Shown piece by piece: positions 45,770 through 54,660 of a stretch of 64,000 nt of DNA. A program made the position numbers and the translations under genes. Position 1 is the stretch's first letter. The number at the start of each line of letters is the position of its first letter. The notes beneath the pieces were generated by a model. It was not told the origin of the DNA and searched no databases. It was given only the letters and a program-made list of their open reading frames with translations. This stretch comes from an uncultured bacterium (lineage in GTDB: Bacteria; Patescibacteriota; JACMRA01): NCBI GenBank assembly GCA_963704645.1, contig OY969926.1, forward strand, positions 1,124,491 to 1,188,490, written 5' to 3'.

Positions 45770-47308
45770 TTATGTTGTCACTGGCAGGGGTTTGTAATAA
45801 TTAGCGAAATAATTTTCATCTTTCCCTTGATTAACAGCTTTACTACTTACAAAACTGAATAAAATTATTAAAGCCATTGGCCACAAATGCATGTCATTTT
45901 TTTCTAAATTTATCACTGTTAAAGGTTTTTTAACTTCATTTGTCTGGATATTCGCTTGTGGAAAATTTTGATAATCAAGAGTTGAATTGATAATCGCATC
46001 AGTTTTAAAGTATTGTGATTTTACGACATCTACCGATTGCCTTGGTTGCAAATTACTTGATAAATTTGGTGGTAGTTTTATCAGCTCCTTTGAGGACTTA
46101 ATATACACATCTATGTTAGATAGTTTTGTTTCTAAGCTTGGCGAAACTAAACTAGGCTGATTAATTTTAACTTTTTCATGGAAACTTTGTTGAACAACTG
46201 GAAGTGAGTTTTTTGGAACTGAAATAGCTTGACTAATTTCTTTATTTTGGTAGTTTTGACTCGGAGCAACACTCGGAGCAACACTCGGAGCAACACTCGG
46301 AGCAACACTCGGAGCAACACTCGGAGCAACACTCGGAGCAACACTCGGAGCAACACTCGGAGCAACACTCGGAGCAACACTCGGAGCAACACTCGGAGCA
46401 ACACTCGGAGCAACACTCGGAGCAACACTCGGAGCAACACTCGGAGCAACACTCGGAGCAACACTCGGAGCAACACTCGGAGCAACACTCGGAGCAACAC
46501 TCGGAGCAACACTCGGAGCAACACTCGGAGCAACACTCGGAGCAACACTCGGAGCAACACTCGGAGCAACACTCGGAGCAACACTCGGAGCAACACTCGG
46601 AGCAACACTCGGAGCAACACTCGGAGCAACACTCGGAGCAACTTGAGTTTGTAAATCAGAATTATCTAAATTAACAGCTAAAGCACTTCCAAATTTGGGT
46701 GTGCCATAATTACCTGAAAAATATTCTTCATTGGAAATTTCGTATTTTAAAGTTGACGGGTTGTATTGAACACTAAACTTACTTCCATAAGCTAAATCGA
46801 CATCTTTTTCTAAATTTTTTATTTTATCTTCATTTAAACTAAACTCAGAAACTTTTTGCCCTGCAGAGTTAATTAAACTAGCTTGTATATTTCTCTGGCC
46901 TACAGTATTAGAACTTACTCTTAAAACTTTACCACTAACGCCGTCTGCTTCTATGTTAGCACTAGCAAGAGTTGAAATTAAACCATTATAACGATTTCGA
47001 ACCAGGTAGTTGCTCTTAGCCTGAATGAAAGTATTGGGTGGAAATTTAAGGTTGTTAGTTGCTTCCTGAGACTGGTGAAACCGAAGTTGCCACAAGCCCA
47101 CATCTATTGCCTTGTTATTAGGGTTTGTAATTTCAATCCACTTGTCATAGCTGCATAGTTTACAATTAGACCTAGTGCTTCCAGCGAAATTAACTTCACT
47201 AATATAAACATTTTCTTCGGCTAAACTTATTACAGAAAAAACTGGCAAAAACCAAACTGACATTAAGCTTAAGCTGAAAAAAACAATGTAAATATATCTG
47301 CAGGGCAT
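45770..47308 (-). CDS. secreted lamin-tail-domain (LTD) protein with a (VAPS)x32 linker and a C-terminal TM segment
   Basis: LTD block VYISEVNFAGS...YDKWIEITNPNNKAIDVGLWQLRF. Tandem tetrapeptide array. C-terminal hydrophobic segment LWPMALIILFSFVSS. Confidence 0.8.
   Translation of the reverse strand: MPCRYIYIVFFSLSLMSVWFLPVFSVISLAEENVYISEVNFAGSTRSNCKLCSYDKWIEITNPNNKAIDVGLWQLRFHQSQEATNNLKFPPNTFIQAKSNYLVRNRYNGLISTLASANIEADGVSGKVLRVSSNTVGQRNIQASLINSAGQKVSEFSLNEDKIKNLEKDVDLAYGSKFSVQYNPSTLKYEISNEEYFSGNYGTPKFGSALAVNLDNSDLQTQVAPSVAPSVAPSVAPSVAPSVAPSVAPSVAPSVAPSVAPSVAPSVAPSVAPSVAPSVAPSVAPSVAPSVAPSVAPSVAPSVAPSVAPSVAPSVAPSVAPSVAPSVAPSVAPSVAPSVAPSVAPSVAPSQNYQNKEISQAISVPKNSLPVVQQSFHEKVKINQPSLVSPSLETKLSNIDVYIKSSKELIKLPPNLSSNLQPRQSVDVVKSQYFKTDAIINSTLDYQNFPQANIQTNEVKKPLTVINLEKNDMHLWPMALIILFSFVSSKAVNQGKDENYFANYYKPLPVTT
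46259..46642. repeat. perfect tandem repeat, 32 x 12 bp (ACTCGGAGCAAC)
   Basis: Counted directly. 384 bp with no variant unit. It stays in frame within CDS 45770-47308. Confidence 0.95.
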
Positions 47309-47642
47309 GTTCTATAAAACGGCTTTATTATAAATTTTGCCAATATAAAAACAGATTCATTTTTTGGACAGATACCATTAGAATAATGCGAAATGGTTAT
47401 TGAGTTTGGAGAGATCTATTTATTAAAATGTTTTTTGCTTAATCATATTAGTTAGATCTGAGGATGAAAGTAAAAATGAGACAAGCTCAGCTCGGAGCCA
47501 CTTTTCAAAAAAGGTTTATGGTGACAGCTTATTTTTTTTCACTATTTCTCCTCTTAATATTTATGCATCATAAAGTATCCTGCCCTTCAACTCAATTTAT
47601 AACTTTGACATATCTTCAATTTTGAAACTTGTTGTAAATATT

Positions 47643-48287
47643 ATGGAGCAACCTAACCAAGCTAAATCTAATTTACCAAACCCAGCGATGGCAGTGTTGG
47701 CTACTTGGTTTCCAGTTAAAAAAACTTTTCAAATACTAGTTATTTTATTCGTAACAGTTATATTTTCCAGCATGGCTTATGTGTTGGTTTTAAACCTTGC
47801 AGCTTTCCAATACAGCCCTGAAAACGTTGTAAATAAATTTACGCAATTAATTGAAAACCCTACCCAAACCGTAACTGAAGAAGAAAAGAAAGTGTTGGCA
47901 GACATTACACAATCTGGTTTTTTGAATAGCTGGGGCAATGAGAATAACATTAAGCTTTTAAGAATATCTGCCGCTTCTAAACCGGTGGAAATTGGCGCAA
48001 TTGAATATTCTGGGTCGGGCAAGAATTACGCTACTGTTGTTTTAAAGTTCCAAAATAATTTACCAAACCCAGAAGGAAAACAGGCTAAATTGTACTTAGA
48101 AAAGTATCCTTCAAGCAATTTTTATGGAATTTTTAACACAGCATACCGTTGGAGAATTTACCAAATAGATATGCCCCGAAGTTTAAATATTCTAGATAAT
48201 ATTAACAAAACTGTAACCGAAACCACAGAACAAGTAGATAAATCTAGTAAGAGTTTTTGGGACAACGTTACTGGCCTTTTTAAGTAG
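47643..48287 (+). CDS. membrane-anchored hypothetical protein
   Basis: ATG at 47643 (the ORF track uses TTG at 47622). Single TM (ILVILFVTVIFSSMAYVLVL). Confidence 0.65.
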   Translation: MEQPNQAKSNLPNPAMAVLATWFPVKKTFQILVILFVTVIFSSMAYVLVLNLAAFQYSPENVVNKFTQLIENPTQTVTEEEKKVLADITQSGFLNSWGNENNIKLLRISAASKPVEIGAIEYSGSGKNYATVVLKFQNNLPNPEGKQAKLYLEKYPSSNFYGIFNTAYRWRIYQIDMPRSLNILDNINKTVTETTEQVDKSSKSFWDNVTGLFK

Positions 48288-48639
48288 GAAGTATTTAGGA
48301 CAACTTTTTAAAATATTTTCACTAATACATTTTAGCAGAACTAGCATTTATCCTTTTTAAGTAGGCATTTACTGTTGAGCTAATTGCATATACTTAATTT
48401 GTTTAGTATAGTTTAAGTTATAGTTATTTGCTTACAAAAATAACAAATTCACCAGATATAGTTTTCTGATGGGTTGAAAATTTTGTTGCTAAAATTACTA
48501 GTATTTTTCCCCAGCCTAAGTAATTTCTTAAGAAAACCTTCTAAATATTCATAAATATTAAACAAGCATTTCTTTTGAAATAAGGCTAAAGTGGAAAATA
48601 TTCAAACAAAAAAACTTCATCAACAAAAATAAAAAACTT

Positions 48640-51297
48640 ATGAATTTATCTTCAACAAAAATAAAAATTAGCAATTTCCAAGCTAGAGTAATTGCCCTAA
48701 CAGCTGCTTTATTCTGCATATTCTGTTTGGCTTTACTTAATATGCAATCTGCAAATATAAACAACGGAGACGTACTTGGAGTTGTTACTGGTAAAGAAGG
48801 TTATGCCTTAAGATACAGTAAAACAACTAATGGTGGAATTGTATTTGCAGGAAATAGCTTATGCTTAGCTGAAAATGTAGATTATGGAAGTTGCGGCACT
48901 TACACAAGTCTAGACAGCCAAAGTGTAGACCAAGATTTTTCTCCTAAAACCAATGGCACAGTAGCCAACTGGGAAAAGAACGGAGGATTTACAAATGTAA
49001 ACATTCCAGATAAAAGCCAAGTTTTATACGCTGAATTAATTTGGGGTGGAAATTATAAATATTTAGATAAAAGCATTCAAAACAATTTAGACAATGCAGT
49101 TAAATTAGAGCTTCCAAATGGGAAAGTTGAAAGTATTAAACCTGTTAAAGAAACTGCTGCTGAAGTTCAGGAAAGCCATAGTTACGTTAGAACTTCTGGC
49201 GATATTTCTGGCTTAATTGGTTCTTCCGGAAAAGGTAAATACAGCCTATCTGGTGTGCCAAGTGTTATGATAAAAGGCAACCCTTACAACAATTATGTTG
49301 GTTTTACTTTGGCTATTGTATATTATAACCAAGATGAACCAGCTAGAAACTTATCTTTGTTTACAGCTGCAGAACAAGTAGGACCAGACCAATTTACAAA
49401 CACCGCCGAAATCAAAGGTTTTGCCACACCAACAAGCGGTGCAGTTAATGGAAAATTGCTAGTTAGCGCCCAAGAAGGAGATTCAATGTATAACGGAGAT
49501 AGGCTAAAATTTGGTTCAAATACCAACAACTTGCAAGATTTACAAGGCCCAAATAACAAAGTAGATAACTTTTTTGCCTCACAAATTAATAATAATGATG
49601 GCTATTTAGATTCTACAGGTAGTTTTGGCAGCAAAAACCAAGCTTTAAATTCTAATAAGGTTGGAGCGCGACAAGGTTGGGATGTAACCGCTGTAAATAT
49701 TAGCAATCGTTTAACCAACAAGCAAACTTCCGCTTATGCTAAAGCTACAAGCACAGGAGACACCTACTTAATTAATGCACTTGGTATTCAAATTGAGGTA
49801 AATTCTGCTCAACCCAAGCTAAGTTTAGAGCTAGTATCTCAAACTGGCCAATGCAAAGAAGACATGGTAAATTTAAAAATTACAGCTGTAAATAATGGAA
49901 GGTCCGATAGTCAAAACAACTTTTTGTTAGATATTGCGCCTGATGGATTTGAAGTTGTAGATAAAAAAATTAGCATTAATGGCCAATCTTCAATATTTGA
50001 AGGAAACAGTGCCAAATTACCAAATCTAAGCTATCAACAGACTGCCTCAATTACTTATACTTTAAAAAATGTAGGTAACAAAACTAGTTTAAACAATGGA
50101 CCAACCTTTAGTTATGACTATGTAATGATGGATGGTGCTGCTCCAATTTCTGGAAAAATAGTTATTCCTACAGACAAAATTGATTTAAGCCAGAACTGCA
50201 AAGCGAATTTGCCACCACGCACAGAAGATGACAGTAGCATGGGCAAAATGAATAGTAACCAAAATATTGAAATTTTGAAAAATGATTCAGACGCAGAAGA
50301 AACACTAAGCTACAAAAATGTACAAATTAGTTTGCAGCCAAAAAATGGAACAGTAGAAATTAAAGATGGAAGTGTTATTTACACTCCAGCTAAAGACTAT
50401 ACTGGACTTGATACATTTAACTACAAAATATGTGATGTTGTAAAAAGTTGCGATGAGGCAACAGTAAACTTAACCGTTATAGACATTCAAGCTATAACAG
50501 ATTCAGAAAGTATGAATGTTGGGGAAATGAAGACAATTCAAGTTTTGGAAAACGATATTTTTAAAGCCGATGTCTACAATCCTAAATCTTTAGAAGTTGT
50601 TAAACAAGGTGTTGCTGGTCAGGCTGTGGTTGATATTGAAAAAAGCACAATAAACTATAAAGCAACTGCAACAGCTGCAGCTAGCGATGTTTTTGAATAC
50701 AAAATATGTTTGTTAAACAGCGGTTTTTGTTCCATTGCTGAAGTTAAAATTGGAATAGAAACAATTCCACCATTACCACCTGTAGCAAATTCTGACGATG
50801 TAACAACTCAGGAATCTAAGCCGGTTATTGTTGAAATTTTGAAGAATGACGTTGCTGGAGAAGGGGAATTAGTTGCTTCCACAATACAAGTAACCAAACC
50901 TAGTGAAAACGGAAGTGTTGAAGTTAATTTGCAATCTGGGGAAATTCAGTATAGTCCTAAAAGTGGATTTAGCGGGGTTGATACATTAGCCTACAAAGTT
51001 TGTAATCAAGCAGAATTATGCAGCACTACTGACGTAAAAATTACTGTTCAAGCCTTACCAATTGTTAAATCTGACACACAATCTTTACCAACAGCCAATA
51101 TTTTAACTCAACCTATTAAGGCCATTAACCAAGCACTAAAACCAATTCCATCTGTATTAGGTGTTTCAGAGTTAGTAAGAAGTGGTGGTAAAAATGTTTG
51201 GGTATCTGTAGCTTTTGGAGTTATTGGTGTAGTCGCAGCGGCAACTTTTGTCTGGCTAAGCTTACAACCAGAAAAGAAGTCTAAAAAAGCTGAGTAA
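48640..51297 (+). CDS. large surface protein with a DUF11/CARDB-like domain, three cadherin-like Ig repeats and a C-terminal TM anchor
   Basis: N-terminal signal/anchor. The pattern ILKNDxD...NGxVEI..G.IxYxPxxxFxGxDTFxYKxCD is repeated three times. The C-terminus is VWVSVAFGVIGVVAAATFVWL plus KKSKKAE. Confidence 0.85.
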   Translation: MNLSSTKIKISNFQARVIALTAALFCIFCLALLNMQSANINNGDVLGVVTGKEGYALRYSKTTNGGIVFAGNSLCLAENVDYGSCGTYTSLDSQSVDQDFSPKTNGTVANWEKNGGFTNVNIPDKSQVLYAELIWGGNYKYLDKSIQNNLDNAVKLELPNGKVESIKPVKETAAEVQESHSYVRTSGDISGLIGSSGKGKYSLSGVPSVMIKGNPYNNYVGFTLAIVYYNQDEPARNLSLFTAAEQVGPDQFTNTAEIKGFATPTSGAVNGKLLVSAQEGDSMYNGDRLKFGSNTNNLQDLQGPNNKVDNFFASQINNNDGYLDSTGSFGSKNQALNSNKVGARQGWDVTAVNISNRLTNKQTSAYAKATSTGDTYLINALGIQIEVNSAQPKLSLELVSQTGQCKEDMVNLKITAVNNGRSDSQNNFLLDIAPDGFEVVDKKISINGQSSIFEGNSAKLPNLSYQQTASITYTLKNVGNKTSLNNGPTFSYDYVMMDGAAPISGKIVIPTDKIDLSQNCKANLPPRTEDDSSMGKMNSNQNIEILKNDSDAEETLSYKNVQISLQPKNGTVEIKDGSVIYTPAKDYTGLDTFNYKICDVVKSCDEATVNLTVIDIQAITDSESMNVGEMKTIQVLENDIFKADVYNPKSLEVVKQGVAGQAVVDIEKSTINYKATATAAASDVFEYKICLLNSGFCSIAEVKIGIETIPPLPPVANSDDVTTQESKPVIVEILKNDVAGEGELVASTIQVTKPSENGSVEVNLQSGEIQYSPKSGFSGVDTLAYKVCNQAELCSTTDVKITVQALPIVKSDTQSLPTANILTQPIKAINQALKPIPSVLGVSELVRSGGKNVWVSVAFGVIGVVAAATFVWLSLQPEKKSKKAE

Positions 51298-51397
51298 TTA
51301 TAACTAGAAATATAGCTTATCACAATATATACAACCACCTTCGGGTGGTAATTGTGTTTTAAATTTTACCAAGGTAGCTGGTGATTTGCTGTGCATC

Positions 51398-51817
51398 CTA
51401 AATAATTTCCTCTACGGAATATACAACTTTTATTCCCAGCTCTTCTGCCTTAGCTAATTTACTTCCTGGTTTATCACCTACCAACAAAATGGTGGTTGCA
51501 GAAGTAACGGCACTAGTAATTTTAGCCCCCAGGTTAGATAATTTTAAAGCAATTGCATCTCTACTTTCAGCGAAAGAACCTGTAATGCAAATAGTTTGTC
51601 CAGATAAAACACCCTGTATATTTAGTTTGTCAGATTTCAAAGTCAGTGATTTGTTATTAGCTTCCAAAAAAGTAAATCCAGCTTGTAATTCACTAAACCT
51701 TTCAGAATTAGTAAACTCTTTTAGATTGGCTAAAAGCACTGCGCCTAAACCTTTCACTTCCTCTAGTTTAGAATAATCCAAACTTTTTAGTTTGCTTAAA
51801 AATTGGCTGGCTTGCAT
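51398..51817 (-). CDS. stand-alone HhH + BRCT domain protein resembling the C-terminus of NAD-dependent DNA ligase LigA
   Basis: LEEVKGLGAVLLANLKEF (HhH). LSGQTICITGSF..SRDAIALKLSNLGAKITSAVTSATTILLVGDKPGSKLAKAEELGIKV (BRCT). No adenylation or OB domain is present. Confidence 0.75.
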   Translation of the reverse strand: MQASQFLSKLKSLDYSKLEEVKGLGAVLLANLKEFTNSERFSELQAGFTFLEANNKSLTLKSDKLNIQGVLSGQTICITGSFAESRDAIALKLSNLGAKITSAVTSATTILLVGDKPGSKLAKAEELGIKVVYSVEEII

Positions 51818-51855
51818 ATTGACAAATTGGCTATGTGGAATAACTTTAGGTAGGT

Positions 51856-54225
51856 ATGTCCCCTAGCCTAAAAAAAACTAGGCAGAATGTCAAAAATAAA
51901 AAAATTGATTATTCTAATTTAGCCAATTCAAACAAGCCTAGCTCACTTATAGATAGAATTAAGTTCAATCTTAACTCTTGGCAGGCCTCTAAAAAAATTA
52001 AGGAAAACCAGGCCAAATTTAGCCAGAAACGTAATTCTAATTTTAGTAAAGAAAAATCTGATAGCAATAATAATTTCAGAAATAGTGCTGGTAGCACAGG
52101 CAAAGAAAGTGTAAATTTATCATCAAAAATTCAAGAAAATATAAAAAATCTATTAAAGGGCTTAGTGTTAAATATTATAGATAGAACAAATAATTTCAGT
52201 GCAAATCTTAACCGATCTTTAGTTATTAGATTAGTTTTTGTAGTTTTTTTCCTTGTAATTGGAGTGCGTTTGGCCCAGCTTCAGTTAATTAGCAACGCAC
52301 TATCTAGCAACGGCGGCAGTTCCAATTCGCTTAGTAGTTTACAAGTTATTCCAGCTAGGAGAGGGCAGATTTTTATTCAAGATTTAAGCCAATCTAAAAA
52401 TGAAATTCCTGTAACTTCTAGTCAAAGTTTGGCTAATGTATATTTTGACCCATTAATTTTAAAAAACCAACTTGATAATAAAGTTCTAAGCATAGAATCT
52501 GCTAGCCAAATGGTGGCTGGAGCTTTAAATATAGACTGGAAAAGTGTTGAAAATCAATTCAAAACTGAAGTTGCAAAACCGGTTTTACTTAGACATGTAG
52601 TGATTCAAAAGTTTATTGATTCATCCCAAAAACAAGCAATAGATTATTTAAGAAGTTCTGAATTATATGTACAGTCAGGAGTAGCCTCTTTCAACCCTTG
52701 GCTTGGTGTAGAAAATATTGAAAGTCGAGTTTATCCAGAAAACCAAATGTTAAGTAGCACCATTGGCTTTGCTCCACGCAACCCAGTAACTGCAGACGAA
52801 GCTTTAAAGGTAAACGGTTGCCAAAGCATGGTAACAGATAATGTAGCTAGAGGCACCAGTTATTTAGGTCAATACAATATTGGCTACTATGGCTTAGAAC
52901 AAAAATATTGTAGTGTTCTAGCTGGTTTAAATGGTCGTCAAATTTTTTCAAAGGAGATTGGTTCCAATAAAGAAGAGCAAGCCCGAGTGGTTAACGGAGC
53001 TAACATTTACACCACCATTGATAGGAATTTACAAAGAAATGCCGAAGATACGTTGCAACAATTGGTGAAAGATAACACCAACAGTAAAGGTGGGCCTAAG
53101 GATGGTTCTATTTTAGTAATGGAAGTTAAAACTGGCAAAATTTTAGCCATGGCCAGCTACCCAAGTTTTGACCCAAACAGGTATGAAGAAGCTAATTCCA
53201 CCGCCTTTAGAAATAGTATAACCAGTATAGATTACGAGGTTGGCTCGGTTATGAAGCCTTTAACTGTGGCTGCAATTAGAAATGAATGGGAAAATGGAGC
53301 TAAGGATTCTAACGGTAAAAACATTGGAATTCCAAATAATTGGGAATTTGAAGATTACGATTCAAAAGGCAAACCGTATCAAGAAAGAAACGGTACAATT
53401 TACTATATTCGTAATTCCCAAAACTTTTCCTACAGAGGTAGAGGTAAACAAAACATTTCCAACGTTTTACGAGATTCTATAAACACTGGAATTGCCCAAA
53501 TGTTATCTGAAGGAATGCCGAATTCCAAATTACAACAATATATTACAGAGCAGTACAGAATTGGTCAGCCCACCCAAGTTAGCCTTCCAGGAGATGGTGG
53601 TGGAGATGTAAGACAGCTAGACACAAACTTAAATTCTGGATTTACATATGCCACTTTTGGTTTCGGTCAAGGCTTTACTCAGTCCCCTATTCAACTTGCC
53701 AGAGCATACACTGCTTTAGCTAACAACGGTAAAATTGTAGAACCATATTTAGTAGAAAAAATTGCTTACGGTGACAACACTGTAGACGATGGAACCAGTG
53801 AAAACAGTATTATTAAAAGGAAGCAGCCTCAGACAGTAATTTCTGAAAAGGTAGCCAAGGAAGTTACAGGGTATTTAGTAAATGTTTTAGATCAGGGTTA
53901 TTTAGGCCAAAAATCAAGCAGAGGGCAAGTTCCCGGATATTCTGTTGCTGGTAAAACAGGAACCAGCCAAGTTGGTAGAATTGATAACGCCAAACTTTGT
54001 GCCTTAAGCGAAAACATTTATGATTGTAACACAAGGTTAGGAGTTTATGATCACACTTTTGTAGGTTACGGCCCTGCTCCAGACCCACAAATTTTAGTAA
54101 TCATTAAATTGTCAGAACCAAGCCCTGGAAACGTTGATAACTTTGCTGAAAACACAGTTGGCCCAAGTTTTTCTAAAACAATGAAAAATGCATTGGAATA
54201 TTTGGGTATACCTAAAAATAGATAG
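51856..54225 (+). CDS. class B penicillin-binding protein (FtsI/PBP2-type transpeptidase) with a long basic N-terminal tail
   Basis: TM anchor, then the transpeptidase motifs SVMK (SxxK), an SxN-like RNSQN and KTGT (AGKTGTSQ). Confidence 0.88.
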   Translation: MSPSLKKTRQNVKNKKIDYSNLANSNKPSSLIDRIKFNLNSWQASKKIKENQAKFSQKRNSNFSKEKSDSNNNFRNSAGSTGKESVNLSSKIQENIKNLLKGLVLNIIDRTNNFSANLNRSLVIRLVFVVFFLVIGVRLAQLQLISNALSSNGGSSNSLSSLQVIPARRGQIFIQDLSQSKNEIPVTSSQSLANVYFDPLILKNQLDNKVLSIESASQMVAGALNIDWKSVENQFKTEVAKPVLLRHVVIQKFIDSSQKQAIDYLRSSELYVQSGVASFNPWLGVENIESRVYPENQMLSSTIGFAPRNPVTADEALKVNGCQSMVTDNVARGTSYLGQYNIGYYGLEQKYCSVLAGLNGRQIFSKEIGSNKEEQARVVNGANIYTTIDRNLQRNAEDTLQQLVKDNTNSKGGPKDGSILVMEVKTGKILAMASYPSFDPNRYEEANSTAFRNSITSIDYEVGSVMKPLTVAAIRNEWENGAKDSNGKNIGIPNNWEFEDYDSKGKPYQERNGTIYYIRNSQNFSYRGRGKQNISNVLRDSINTGIAQMLSEGMPNSKLQQYITEQYRIGQPTQVSLPGDGGGDVRQLDTNLNSGFTYATFGFGQGFTQSPIQLARAYTALANNGKIVEPYLVEKIAYGDNTVDDGTSENSIIKRKQPQTVISEKVAKEVTGYLVNVLDQGYLGQKSSRGQVPGYSVAGKTGTSQVGRIDNAKLCALSENIYDCNTRLGVYDHTFVGYGPAPDPQILVIIKLSEPSPGNVDNFAENTVGPSFSKTMKNALEYLGIPKNR

Positions 54226-54320
54226 CTTATTAAGATACTTTTATTATTAAGTTTTTTGAAAAGGTTGTATTTAAAAAATTAATAGTAAATTTGATAATTA
54301 TACCGTAATGTCATAGTAAA

Positions 54321-54357
54321 CTGTCACTGAAATTTATGACATATACAAAGGTGACAG
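54321..54357 (-). repeat. solo copy of the IS481-like element left end
   Basis: 37 nt that are the reverse complement of 8480-8516 with one mismatch. Similarity stops on both sides. Confidence 0.8.
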
Positions 54358-54660
54358 CCTCCAAGTTTGGGGTGACAAGTAGCGGTTCGAGCCATTCACG
54401 TGTAAATACAGTATTGCGTTTAAACTTTAGGGATATGTTGTGAGGGTATGCTTACCGTAAATATAATCTTAAAACTTAGTTATCCACAGTCTTTCGTTGT
54501 TTTGTAGGATTTAAAAAATAAGCTTGGTTATACAGGCTTTTCATTTGGTAAAACCAAGTTACTTTGACTTTTGCTGTTTAATGCATTAGAATAAGCTACA
54601 TTAAAGTAATGGTAGCGTAAATTACTACCTACTTCTAAAACAAAAACAAATATTGCTGTA

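Noticed and set aside
46147-46654. ORFs 46147-46641 (-) and 46229-46654 (+), which translate as (LRVL)n and (TRSN)n.
   Set aside because: They are alternative-frame readings of the 12-bp tandem array. The frame giving (VAPS)n is continuous with a signal peptide and LTD domain on one side and a TM tail on the other.
54480-54488. Perfect DnaA-box consensus TTATCCACA upstream of the giant gene, with an 8/9 match in inverted orientation at about 54834-54842.
   Set aside because: There is only one perfect box, no cluster, no adjacent dnaA/dnaN and no obvious AT-rich unwinding repeats. That is insufficient to call an origin.
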